This document shows positions 10,401 to 22,334 of a stretch of 64,000 nt of DNA, in pieces. The DNA is from Psammoneis japonica (lineage: Eukaryota), in the NCBI GenBank assembly GCA_008632985.1, contig QPGO01000112.1, positions 62,001-126,000 on the forward strand, given 5' to 3'. The notes beneath the pieces are model-generated. The model was not told the DNA's origin and searched no databases. It worked only from the letters and a program-made list of their open reading frames with translations. The position numbers and the translations under genes were made by a program. The number at the start of each line of letters is the position of its first letter. Within the stretch, counting starts at the first letter, position 1.

Positions 10401-13400
10401 GACATCAGCTTGTTTGAGGGTAAGTTCAGATGCAAAAAATGCTTTCCATTTCCGTTGTTACTCATGGTCATTGGTGCTTGCTTTTGTACTCAGTGAAAAA
10501 CATCGTGGAACACGAAACAGTCGCCAGCGAAAAAAGCTTCACAGTGCAGGACCGTTGCGAAAGAGTCCGACTGCGTCACGAGCGAAATTCACCCACCTCT
10601 GCCGTACCTATCATCTACAGGTCTAAACTCTTTTCTCCGATATCCCCGGAGAGCCCGAGCTTGCTACTCGACCTTCTGTTTTCGAGGGCGTCGGTGTCAG
10701 AGCCGACCGAGAAGTACCTGGAGAGATGCGTCTATCTGACCTTGTACAACATGACATATAGATATGATTTGGAGTCTCTGTGGCTTGAACGCATCCGAAA
10801 ATTGTTTCAAAAGGAAGAACAGGCCGTCAGCGAAAGGACGAGCGACGAAGAAAGGCCTCTGACGGATGAAATGACCCATCAGCATAGCAGCGAGGCTGAA
10901 ATGACGCTGACAAGAGTGAGTTTTGACGCCTTGCTTCAGGTCGATCATCTTCTCTATTCTTATTTGCTTTTGTCTGTTCTTGTATCTGCTGCGAAAAAGC
11001 TTTTCGTTTCGCTCGCCGACTGTAACGTTGACTACACCTCTTCTGGGCATTTCAAACGGGCTTCGAGACTAATTCTTAGAATTGGCGATACTCGTCTATC
11101 CAGCAACCTTGTCTCTAATTCAATGGCTTCGCAGGCTCTAAGGCTTACGATCAATGACGTGTCTACCCATTTAAGCAACAGCCGATTCCCATACTGCGCC
11201 GAGAATTCTCGTTTGTTGAGAGCATCGTCGCTAATGGATCCTCGGGATATCATATCAGAAGAGGATTTGCAAACGAATTACCGTGTCGCACCGGAAACTG
11301 CGCTGCAGAATATGGACTTCATTACCGTTGCGACCCTCGATTCGATTGATGCACTCCTCACCATTGCGAGGAAGCAAGACGACTCAAGCTACCTTGTTGG
11401 TGGACATGAACAAGAGGTTGACCCTTCCATGACGGCAAGTTTGGGTGTTGGGCATTTATGTATTTACGCATGCCAGGATTCCTTTGGCTGTCTTGTTGAA
11501 ACAGTTTCAGATTTACAGGTTCGACTAACATCACTCACACAACAAGATATGGAACAGCTTAAGGAGAAATCCGTATCGCCTACCGTGGAGCGTACATCAG
11601 ATGAGGTTTTTGATCCAATCTCGAACGTAAATACCGAAGATGATTTGGAAGAAGGCGCTCCTTCTGAGGGTCATAATGTGCCTTACGCAGAAGATTATTT
11701 GAATATGGTACAACAGTCAGAGTCAACGCAACGTGATGTACCGCAGCAAGAGTTCCTTCTTGATGGATACGATTGGACTACAGTTGACAGTGAATGGACA
11801 AACGCCTCAGCAGGTGGGCATATCGAGGAGCAATCGGCTCGATGGTACTCCGATTCCACTGCTTCTGACGCGAAAAGAATACCTTCTCCCACGGAACTGC
11901 CCATTCATCGGGATCAAGTTCCGAAGGGTGCAGAGAGTGCGTTAAAGCCCGAGAGTGATAGCACGGAAAACATTCGAATCATTCCACAGCACATTCCTCT
12001 TGCTCAAATAGTGGACCCACTTTCTGAGGGTGACATGGACGCCCCGAAACTTGCTGGAACGGCTTGCTGCCCTCCAGTTCAGACTCGCGTTCTGCTACGA
12101 AAGTTTAATCTTCGATGCCGCCTGTTTGATGGATATGATTGGCCAATGTACGTGGACCCTAGCTTGGATAAGGAGAAGTCGGCCGGCTCCGCTGTCGTTG
12201 GATCGGAGAATGTCGACAGTAATGAAGAAATCGGCGGTGATGCTACAGCACGAGAGAACTCCCATCGACGAGCTCAATTGATGGGTGACTTGTTAGGTGA
12301 CCAGGAAATAAAGAACCAGACGTTTAGTGATACTCCTCTACCGGAGGAAAGAGGAATGATTTTGAAGAAGCTGTCCGGGAAGAGACGCTTAGCGAGGAGG
12401 TCAAATCGTTTTATCCAAGCTTCTGCCTCTGGGGTGAAGCTTCGACTGGACAGTTTCGAAGACTCTTCTGAACATCAGTTGGCATCTTGTATTGATCTAA
12501 CTATTGCCGATTTATTCTTAGCTGAAACAATTAGCGACTCTAAGCCCGTGAAAATGCTCGGGGAATGGGTAAATGATATCGAGCACCCGCGAGATACAAA
12601 CCATGGCTTTGTCATGGCAAAGGTGAGTCGCTGAGTTGTACCGTCACTCAGCATTATGGGTGTCTTAACTCACCTCCCCTTTCGTATTCGTTTGCTTCAG
12701 CTGGCAAGCTTCCGCCCGCGTATTCGAGTTTCTGATGACGGCGAGATCGTTCCAATGCGAAGCCGCGTTGTGCTGGAGCTACTCCCCATCCGCTGCCTCT
12801 TAGACCAACGGGCAATAGGATTTGCGTCCAAGTTCTTTGCTTCCGAACCTGAATCTAAACAAGAAGATGAAGAGGCCCACCACGTTCATGATAGTGGGCT
12901 GGTAGCTGTACCTCCACCCGTATTCAAATCATTCAGGGTTAAGCAGTGCAAACTTAAGGTGGACTACAACCCTGAAAAGATTGATGTAGATTCTCTTCGA
13001 GATGGCAGCTATGTCGAGCTCATCAACTTGAGCCCATTGAATGACATGGTTATCACCTTACAGCCTGTAATTATACGTGATCATGACGGTCTCGGACCGG
13101 CGATAAAAGAGTTGCTCGGTGCATGGATATCAGATGTGATTAGCAGTCAGATGTACAAGTTTCTCGCCAATGCCACACCCTTCCAGCCTATATCGAATGT
13201 TGGCGGCGGCGCTGTGGATTTGGTTGTACTGCCGTGGGAAGCATTTAGGAGAGGTGACAAATTTGCAACTGCAGTTCGTTCTGGTGCTCGTTACTTTGCC
13301 GAGACTGTGGCGTATGAGACTTTGAATACGACCGCGAAGTTAACAAAGTATGCGGCTGACAAGCTCGCCTCCCTATCCATGTCATCAACTTCACAGACGG

Positions 13401-13732
13401 CTGCTGTCACTCCAATGCTACCTTCACGCCCAGAAGCGCCGCCACGTGGTGTCCCAAGCACGACAAACCATGCCGTGGAAAGCATAGCTCACGGCATTAG
13501 TGCTGCAGGGTACAAAGTTGTGGTCATTCCTGTACGGGAGTATAGGAGGAGAGGAGCGGCCGACGCTGCCAGAAGCGTAGCTCGAGGGATTCCTGTAGCA
13601 ATCATGGCGCCCATCAGCGGTGCGTCGGAAGCAATATCCTACACGCTGCTCGGTGCTCGGAATCAGATTCGTCCCGACATTCGAACCGAAGAGGAACAAA
13701 ACTTGCGTGGTCTGCGTCACGGCGACCTGTAG
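7461..13732 (+). CDS. ATG2: Autophagy-related protein 2, multi-exon
   Basis: Chorein-N-like start MASIWKQRLYAFLLRRILGPYL. LKVDYNPEKIDVDSLRDGSYVELINL and the ATG_C-like end RGIPVAIMAPISGASEAISYTLLGARNQIRPD are present. GT-AG introns at about 9093-9191, 10420-10493 and 12623-12700, probably another near 10916. Confidence 0.9.
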
Positions 13733-13883
13733 AAAAACGATACTGGTATGCTCCGAAACCGAGAGTTGAATAATAATGTCCTAAGGCCCTACAGTATCAA
13801 ATAAATCAAAGCAATAGCTACGACTACTTAAGGTCCCGGAGAAGTTTTCTTACTATTTTTGTGCCTATTTTGAGCCATCTGAA

Positions 13884-14640
13884 TCAGGGGAGGGAAAGCT
13901 TGGAAGCCTTTAGTACCTTCTTCGCCTCCTCGTCGACTTTGCTAGGCTTAAGTTTCTGAGCCCACTTGATCATGTCGTTGATTTCCTTTTCCGTGGCAGT
14001 CCCCGTCCCTTCAGCTTCAACTAATTCACTGCGCTGATTTTCCAAAGCTTCGAGTAACAGGGTCTGAAGCTCCGACGCCGGCTTTCTCGCCATGTTGACA
14101 AAGTTAGGAGCCTCATCATGGTTTCGAGTATCCAAAATGTGCCCAACCTTATCCCCAGACGTGCACACATAGACGCCGGGAAAGCCGTCCATTGCGTCGT
14201 AATGCGGTGGGGCAGACGAATTTCCAAATCGGGCCACTTCAGAGCATACCACCAGCGACAAAGAAACCGTTGAATTATAAGGCCCTTCTTACATTCTGTC
14301 CCATAGAGTGCAGAAGATGCCGTCATGTAGGAACCGGTGCTGCTGCTAGTGGTGCTTTGAGTTGACTTGGCGGAGGATGACTTGGTTTTCGCCTTTGTCT
14401 TTTTCGCCTTAACTGGAGTTTTTGACTTTTTCTTCTTCTTGGGCTCCGACTTTTTCTTTTTCTTTGAGACTTGAGCGATGATAAGGGCACGTCGCTATCA
14501 ATGTCTTCTTCATCGTCGTCTTTCGCGACCGGAGCTTTCGCTAACGAAGAGAGCGGTTCGTCATCGGATGATGATTCAGGTTCTTCCTCTTGATACGCCT
14601 CATCCGCGTCGTTGAACTCTGCCTCTGAGGAACTCGACAT
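13884..14640 (-). CDS. Conserved-looking hypothetical protein (acidic/Lys-rich N-terminus, LCRWWYA domain), split by 2 apparent frameshifts
   Basis: Three overlapping frames join into MSSSSEAEF...KKKKKSK...IQRFLCRWWYALKWP...GFPGVYVCTSGDKVGHILDTR. Shifts are near 14460 (homopolymer tract) and 14230. Confidence 0.6.
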
Positions 14641-15150
14641 AATTCTAAGGTCTTCCCGTCAAAATACTCGGTAAGTGAAGCGATTTCGTTTTGTACAAGC
14701 TCTAGGGACTGCTCGAGGACGTGACCGAAGACACAACCGACACCGCGAACAGCAACAGCGAAATGTGCGATGTGCGAGATAAGTTCAAAGTAGAGTGTGT
14801 CGCGTGTTGCCAAAAAATAGCGTCTTTGCGGTCGTTTTGCAAATTGTCAACTTTTTCGGATTATATGTGGTTTTGGTGCATTTTCGATGTTTTTCGCACG
14901 TCTGTCTGTCCCTCGCTCGCCCTCACGCCGCCAGACATTTTTGAAGATTGTATTGGTCGGTCTTTTCTTTATTCAAAACGCCTATTTCCTTATTCAAATT
15001 TTGTCCAGTCACTGTCCCGCGGTCATCCGCAACGCAACACGCAAGAACACGCAACAAGAACACGCGACGATTTATCACAATGTAATGGGAAATGGGGGGG
15101 TGATGAGCGAGATGCGAGAAAGTGCGTTCCAAATCAACGTGAAGTAAGCA

Positions 15151-18100
15151 ATGAAGGAATTTAACAAGGTGGACGACGACTTAAGATCTCCTCCTGCCTC
15201 ATTGGGAAGACCCCGGCAACCGCAGAACGTAGCGAAGGTGATAAAAGGAGAAATACACAATGTCTTGAATGTGATGAGAGCCGATGCTCGCTATGCTTCG
15301 CCGCAGAGGTTTGCGCAGGAACTCTCGTTCGATGAGCACCCTCTTTTGCTGCAACTGCGAGAGCTGCACGAGAAACTGTCTCTCTTGGAGCTTAAGCAAG
15401 AGACACCGAACCTCGTACTGTACATTACTCCTTTTTGTTCCGCAATCTCAGGAAGAGACATTTCCGCAAGCATTACTGGCGCAGCTCTTTCAGCCTTGCA
15501 GAAATTCCTACTCTACGGATTTATTACACCAGAAACAGAGGGGGCGAGCGAAGGAATGACATTGGTCGCAAAATCCTTGCTTCACTGTACGTTTGAAGAG
15601 TCTAATAGCGGAGCAACAAAAAATACCAGGTCGACACGTGCTGTTTCAGAAGTTCAAGACGAAGAGGTTGTTCTAAAGCTACTCGGTCTTTCTGCTTTGG
15701 TAGTGCGGTACTCTCTCTTCAAGACACGAGAAACGCCTTTATTGGATGCTTCTGTATTCTTGGGACTACTCGACACTTGCCTTCATGTTACCCATCGAGC
15801 TAGAGATGCGTCCGCGCTGCTCAAAAGTGCTGCTGAAGATGCGCTCGGACAAATTGTTCTTGTCACGTTTGGAACTCGCGATGTTGACGGTGAACACGGT
15901 GTCAGAGAAGAGGATGTTTCTGTTGCGATATCTCGGTCGGCAATGTTATCCAAGCTTGCGTCGCTTGTAAACCCCATCAATCACTCGGATGCCACTTGTG
16001 TAACCGCACTGAAATTGATTAACATTGCCCTTGAAACCATGAGACACCAACCATCACCAGCCGAAATATCCATATTGCAAAATGATCTTTGCAAGTACTT
16101 GCTTCAGTGGTCGAACACGTCGGACTTAGTGATCTTGTCACTCACATTACGAGTGATATTTAACTTATTTCAGACCATTCGCGATCATCTCAAGGTACAA
16201 CTCGAGGTCTTCTTGACGTCGGTGCATCTTCGAATATTGGACCCATCTTCGTCCAGTTCAAATGAACAACGTGAAGTGGTGCTAGAGAGCCTTGTAGAAT
16301 TCTGTGCCGAGCCAGCGTTGATGCAAGATCTGTATCGAAATTACGATTGCGATGTTCATTGTTCGAATTTGTACGAAGTGATTTGTGAAACGCTAGCTCG
16401 AGTTTCAGAAGTTGTGGTGGAGGAATCTCCTGCTGATGCGGAGGAACCGGGAATGCCCCCGCCGTTGAATGCACTTAACAGGCTGGCTATAGAAGGCATA
16501 TTGGCTGTGATTGATTCCATTGCTAGAAGGTGTCAAGGTCGTGGCGAACTACCCCCATCAATGTCGTCGTTATCGTCACGTGCTTCGGATGTATCTGACA
16601 CAGAATCAGATACCGGCTCCATCAACCCCAACGAGCACATCTCTGACCTCGGAGACAGTTGGGAGGTGGCTTCGTCCGAGGACGCGCAAATACTCTTACA
16701 GCAACGCAAGAGACGAAAGTACTGGCTAGAGCAGATTGCGCAAGAGTTCAATCGACGGCCAATGGGAAAAGAATGGGTGCAAATCGCGGAGCAATCGAAC
16801 ATTGTGCCGTCACCAGCAGATCCATCGTCCATTGCGTCGTTGCTCTTTGCAGCGCCTCACTTGGACAAGACTCAGCTGGGACTCTACCTGAGCAAGGGAC
16901 CGGTCTCGAAGTACCCTTTTCACGCAGATGTGCGAAACGCGTTTGCATCTCTTTTCAACTTTCGTGGCATGTCATTTTCCAATGCTTTGAGATTTTTTCT
17001 CAAGAAGTTCCGTCTTCCCGGTGAAGCTCAGTGCATTGATCGGTTGATGGAGGCATTCGCCGCTCGTCTATACGAACAGCAGCAGTTGAACGCACAGAAA
17101 GTACACGAGGAAATTGCGACTGATGACATGCTACATGCAGATCAGTCTCAGAATGCTATGCCATTTAAAAGTGCGGATGCCGTTTTTGTCTTGTCATTTT
17201 CCACCATTATGTTGAACACTGACTTGCACAATCCTACCATTAAGGATAGCCGTCGAATGACAGTTGAACAGTTCATTCGCAACAATCGTGGTATCAATGA
17301 TGGAGATGATCTACCGGAACAGTTTTTATCTGACCTGTACCATCAAATCAAACAAGACGAGATTCAGGTACAGACAGAGTTATCCGACGTGGTGCAATAT
17401 CATTCAACAGAAGAAGGAGAGTTTAACTCTGTACACTGGGATGGACTCCTTTCCAAGTACAATCAAGTGTCAAAGCCTTTCTTCACGCCGGCAGAAGCAG
17501 CACGGCGGACAAACATTCAAGCGGGAGTGCATGAGAAAGACATGTTTTTGTCGATGTCACAGTCGTCTATTCAATGTATTGCTAGCGTTTTTGCGCGCTC
17601 TCATGATGACGTTCTAGTTGTGAAGACTCTCAAAGGCTTTAAACACATGCTGAAGATATGCGTGTACTATGACTTGGACGAAATGTTCAACGAAATTCTT
17701 CAAGTATTACTCACTCACGGACGAGACTATGTTATTGGTTGCATTGTTTTGAATTATGCGGGATTGGGAGATGGAACCTCACAGAATGGTAGTCAAGGTG
17801 AGGATTCAGAGCACGGATCAGGGAACGGAGATCGGACCGTTGGTTCTGAGTCCCTTGTTCCAAAGTCACTAATTGAATCGAACGTAAATGAAACCGATGA
17901 GGACATCATGCATCCCAAACACCCAGATTTGATTGGAAGTGCCGACCACAGAGGTCTACTAGCTTTAGACTGTGCGTTTAAGGTCATCCGATTTCAGACG
18001 CCGAGAATACGCGAGGCATGGCCTCTGTTAATTGAGTGCCTTTGTGCCTTGAGGGATGCGAAAAGTCTTCCAGTGGGATTGGCTGATCTAGATGATTTTG

Positions 18101-19776
18101 CTGACTCGAGCGGGCGGATTTTACCACGATCACGCTACGCACGGCAAGCACAAGATCGGCTCGACCAGTACTACCAGTCCCTCGCAGGGTTGGACAACAA
18201 CCAGGGATGGTTCACCTTGCCGTCCTTCTTCAAGCGAGGTGCTAGCTTCCTATCTGAAGAACCACCTACGGACTCATCTGCTGACCAAGTCCGAGAGGAA
18301 ACTCCAGCAGGGATGAGGAGCTGGCTACTCTCGGTAGCCGAAGGCGCAGATCTGAAACAGGTTGTTTTGATGCGGGCGAAGAACTTGCCTCTGGCGAAGC
18401 AGACAATCCGTGCCCTGCTAGACACAATTGAAGTACAGTCTTGTGTCGAGGAAGGAGCGTATGAGCTGCACGCTGTCTTTGCTGTCGAGCTAGCAGCCCG
18501 GGCTTTCTTTGCAAATCGAAGCCGAGCTAACGAGCTTTTTCCGCTGTTCCTAGCGAAGTTCGAGGTAGTGCTTGGATCGCAGCTTAGACGCGGTGTTTCC
18601 AGTAAGAGCTCCATCTACGCAGCACCATTTCTCGCAGAACGATTGATAGTCACAATTCTGCGGTCCTGCATACATTTGTACGACATTGTCGAACTGCGCC
18701 CTCAGCTGAAGGCTTCACTGCTTTTTCTGATAAAGTTGCCGACAGACTATGTTCGTTTCGTTTCGGATAGGATCGGGTGCGGCATGGCAATCCTTTTACG
18801 TGGTGCCTTTAGTCTCTTTGACACGGAAGAAGAATGGAATTTCATGCTAGACATGCTTGCCACCCTGGCTCATTTTGGGCCAGGGCGTGGATTTGTCTTT
18901 GATGGGATTGCTTCCACCGTCGAGTATGCGTTGCCGGATTGTGATAACAACCCGGCTGAAGACATCACACAGGACGATTACGACGACCCCTCGAAGAGGC
19001 TTTCCGAAAAAGGTTGCATCGTTTTCTGCAAGTTGCTAGTCAAGTTTGCGGATGGAAGCTTCCAGAAAGACCTGTCGCTCCAGGTGCCGGCCGTCTTGTG
19101 CCTTGGGAAGGTTTACAGACGGTTGATTTTGATTAGAAAGTCATTAGATACTTCCGACAAAGATGAAGGGGGTGCTGCCTTTGATTACGATTTATGGGAG
19201 AGCACTGTAAAAGCCTCTTACGCCGTTGGACTTTCGAATGTAGAGGAGGCTTCACACCAAGGATGCGAGTGCCTTCATGGAATTCTGCTGGAAGCGGAGC
19301 ATATTTTGCCACAAGAAAAATGGATGTCAGTTCTAAATCTCATGGTCTCCAGAAAGCCACCGGTTGTGTCAGAAGGCGCTAGAGTGAACACGTTCTCTTT
19401 GATAGGAAAAGTACTCTTAATTGCGATCGAAAACTGCAGCCACCACAAAGACTGTTGGGATGAACTTTCGGGATTGGTCAATCAGACAGCGGTGTTGATA
19501 GGCGAGAACTTGCGCGAAGGACGTCGTGGAACTGTTAGCCCATTGTTTGAACGCACTCTCCAGACCGTGACATACTTGTGCAACCATATGGTAACCAACG
19601 AGTTTGGAGGGGATGAAGAATTCAGTCAGTGGGCCAGCGAGACGTTATTGTTGGAGCTGGAAAAGGTTGGGGCTAGCGGCGGGACTTTCAAGAACGTTGC
19701 TGCAATATCAAGGCCGGCTTGCGACGACCAGGAAATGATTCTTGTCGATGTCGCCCCTTCCACCAGAACTGAGTAG
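15151..19776 (+). CDS. Large Sec7-domain ARF guanine-nucleotide exchange factor, GBF1/GNOM type
   Basis: 1541-aa ORF with DCB/HUS region (LYRNYDCD) and Sec7 motifs FRLPGEAQCIDRLMEAF and FSTIMLNTDLHNP. Confidence 0.93.
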   Translation: MKEFNKVDDDLRSPPASLGRPRQPQNVAKVIKGEIHNVLNVMRADARYASPQRFAQELSFDEHPLLLQLRELHEKLSLLELKQETPNLVLYITPFCSAISGRDISASITGAALSALQKFLLYGFITPETEGASEGMTLVAKSLLHCTFEESNSGATKNTRSTRAVSEVQDEEVVLKLLGLSALVVRYSLFKTRETPLLDASVFLGLLDTCLHVTHRARDASALLKSAAEDALGQIVLVTFGTRDVDGEHGVREEDVSVAISRSAMLSKLASLVNPINHSDATCVTALKLINIALETMRHQPSPAEISILQNDLCKYLLQWSNTSDLVILSLTLRVIFNLFQTIRDHLKVQLEVFLTSVHLRILDPSSSSSNEQREVVLESLVEFCAEPALMQDLYRNYDCDVHCSNLYEVICETLARVSEVVVEESPADAEEPGMPPPLNALNRLAIEGILAVIDSIARRCQGRGELPPSMSSLSSRASDVSDTESDTGSINPNEHISDLGDSWEVASSEDAQILLQQRKRRKYWLEQIAQEFNRRPMGKEWVQIAEQSNIVPSPADPSSIASLLFAAPHLDKTQLGLYLSKGPVSKYPFHADVRNAFASLFNFRGMSFSNALRFFLKKFRLPGEAQCIDRLMEAFAARLYEQQQLNAQKVHEEIATDDMLHADQSQNAMPFKSADAVFVLSFSTIMLNTDLHNPTIKDSRRMTVEQFIRNNRGINDGDDLPEQFLSDLYHQIKQDEIQVQTELSDVVQYHSTEEGEFNSVHWDGLLSKYNQVSKPFFTPAEAARRTNIQAGVHEKDMFLSMSQSSIQCIASVFARSHDDVLVVKTLKGFKHMLKICVYYDLDEMFNEILQVLLTHGRDYVIGCIVLNYAGLGDGTSQNGSQGEDSEHGSGNGDRTVGSESLVPKSLIESNVNETDEDIMHPKHPDLIGSADHRGLLALDCAFKVIRFQTPRIREAWPLLIECLCALRDAKSLPVGLADLDDFADSSGRILPRSRYARQAQDRLDQYYQSLAGLDNNQGWFTLPSFFKRGASFLSEEPPTDSSADQVREETPAGMRSWLLSVAEGADLKQVVLMRAKNLPLAKQTIRALLDTIEVQSCVEEGAYELHAVFAVELAARAFFANRSRANELFPLFLAKFEVVLGSQLRRGVSSKSSIYAAPFLAERLIVTILRSCIHLYDIVELRPQLKASLLFLIKLPTDYVRFVSDRIGCGMAILLRGAFSLFDTEEEWNFMLDMLATLAHFGPGRGFVFDGIASTVEYALPDCDNNPAEDITQDDYDDPSKRLSEKGCIVFCKLLVKFADGSFQKDLSLQVPAVLCLGKVYRRLILIRKSLDTSDKDEGGAAFDYDLWESTVKASYAVGLSNVEEASHQGCECLHGILLEAEHILPQEKWMSVLNLMVSRKPPVVSEGARVNTFSLIGKVLLIAIENCSHHKDCWDELSGLVNQTAVLIGENLREGRRGTVSPLFERTLQTVTYLCNHMVTNEFGGDEEFSQWASETLLLELEKVGASGGTFKNVAAISRPACDDQEMILVDVAPSTRTE

Positions 19777-19851
19777 CCTTCTCAAAGTTCAGCATGAAGA
19801 CTCACCAGCACGCGGTTGCAGTACACTGCGTCGTTTTCTCCTTTCAACGAA

Positions 19852-22263
19852 TCACCACAATTTACCAGACATTCTCTCTCGAACGAGTTGATCAATATCG
19901 GATTTGCGCTTTTCAGTAAGTGGCTTATTTGGAAGCCCTGTGGCGGTACGACGCGGATCCGACAGTTTCTCCATTAAATTCTGAATGTCCGCAGTCAAAG
20001 CATCATCGCTAAATACCTCATCTTCTTTATCCATAGAAAGTAGATCAGCAATAAATAGCCGAAACCGACCCCATAGTTTCTGCAAGCCCACCGTTGCTCT
20101 TCTTGTTTCCTCGCGAGCAAAAGTAATTGCACGGTGGTGCTCATTGTCGTCTCCAAGTCGATGCACCAGCTTGTCGAATACTTGAGATACTCTACGGCCC
20201 AAGTCTTGCGCATTTCGTTTCAGTTTCTTGAGACCCATCGCTATTCGCTTTGTCAGTATCTGTAATCCTTGACCCATCAACACTTCTTGAATGGATGAGC
20301 CAGCTGCACCAACATCAAGTTCGTCAGGAGGATCAACAGCCTCCATGAATTTGTCTAGATCATCAAGTCCGTCAACGAAAGCGTCGTTGACAGACTTAGC
20401 AGCCGGTGCCATTTGCAGGGGCTCTCCGACTTCTCCTTTTAATAAGTCCTCAGAATCGTCCTCTGTTTTATCTTTGATCGATTTAGTTTCATCGTGACTT
20501 TGTTCGTCCGCGGGCGTACTGTTAGACTTCTTTGCGGGCTCGTCGACGCTTCTTTCAGCAGAATCTTCCTCAAACGTGGTGGCAGAATATTCATCGACCA
20601 CTTTCGGGAGCAAGCTTTCTTCAGTGATATCATCAACTCGTTGTGAACTATCCATATTACTTCCTTCTCGATACGCTTGTTGCTTGTGTTGCACTCCCCA
20701 CATGCTCGCCTGTCTTTCGTCATGATGAGGTTGGTCGGTTTCGAAACGTTGAAGCTCTGGCTCTCCTGCTAGGCGATCGTCGCTTTCACTCTTTTGCGCT
20801 GTATCCTTCGGTTGCATTGTTTGTTTGGAATTATGCTCGTTTTCACCCTGCAGCACAGGTTGTTCAGACGCTCTCATCGGGAAATCATTTTCGTCATTCA
20901 AATTCAGTGTATTCTGCGCCATTGAACTCCTGAATACCGGAGCCGCCTCGCCATTGCGGGTAACGCCGGCATGTCCCCCATCTAAAGAAGAGGCAGGCAT
21001 GATGTTCTTACAGCGTTTTGTATCATCCAAACGGTCAAAATCAAGCGTCGCTTCATCTTCTCCAGCGACATCGTCATTCGCGGATATGTGGTCACATTTG
21101 ACTTCTTTTTCGTCTTCCGGCACCAGAGTGCTTCCTTCATTCTCACTTGAATCTTCTGGCTCGTGAGATGGCGATTCTGGGAGTAGAGAAGGGTTTTTGT
21201 CAGCTTCAAGGACTTCGGGTGTCACTGCGGCGGAGTTTGAATCTATGGAAGAGACCTCACGATCATCGCTTTCAACTTCTTTATCAACGCTTTGCATTTC
21301 ATCGCCCAGAACGATATCAGGTGGCTTGGACCCTTTTGATTCATAATCTGTCTCTTGAGATACAATATCGCCCATTAAATCTTCAACGACAGGTTCAGCG
21401 AGTCCCTCGCCATTGCAAGACTTGTTATCGAGCCTTCAGTTTCGCTTACACATTCTACCGTAGCTTCTCCAATATCTATGCCATTCTCTTCCAACGTACT
21501 TTCAGTAACAATGCCAATATCCGGTGTTTCCTCCGTGTCTGTGTGATTTGGCAACGAGTCTCGCTCTGTCGATGTGCCCGGAGTAGGATGGCCTTGCTCC
21601 TCGCGAAATGGAAGTTCGTTCTCCTCCCTCGTAGAAATTTGAGATGCCACATCTGACAACGATTCTTCTTCTTCTAGACTGACTCTCAAGGTTCTACTCC
21701 CATATGTTACATCAGTTTCGGTCACATCATTCAATGAGGGTCCTTGTTCTAGTGCAGACGTGTCGCCGTTCACAGTTGCATCCGGGTCAATTCGATCTTG
21801 CATTGACGTTGCTGTTGCTTCCGACGTGAAAGGTTTGGTCGGTCGCAACTGATTCTGCCGCAGTAACCAAGTCTACATCCAGTTCTTTATGTTCTAAGGT
21901 GTCGAATGGGGCTGGATCAGATGACGTGATGGTTTCCGTTTCATAGTGCGAAAGTACCGTGCTATCCTCTTCGTTGTCCTCTAATGCGTCAGCGTCTGCT
22001 TCACGATCAGAAAGACCAGTCTCTCGCACAAGCTTGGTTTCATTGTGCTCATAGTTTTCTTTTCCAAACTCTTCCAACTTCTTATACTCAGTGGATACTG
22101 ATTCGGCACCAACAAAAAAGGGATCGTCGCTGTCCTTCGATACGCTCAGATTCCTCCAGACGTCATCGAATTCATCAGTCCGAGTTGACACCGCGATAGT
22201 TCTGCGCAACAAACACAAAACCATCAATAGTGATAAGCAATGACATTCTAAAACTTGACGCAT
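19852..22263 (-). CDS. Acidic low-complexity hypothetical protein with probable signal peptide, split by apparent frameshifts near 21830 and 21380
   Basis: Three consecutive same-strand ORFs of similar D/E/S-rich composition. Hydrophobic N-terminus LSLLMVLCLL. Ordered C-terminal segment FVDGLDDLDKFMEAVDPPDELDVGAAGSSIQEVL. Confidence 0.6.
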
Positions 22264-22334
22264 CGCGTAGATCACTGATTTAAGTTATGCTGCGTTCCCT
22301 CTCGAAATGACCGGTAACACCTCAAGCAATACAA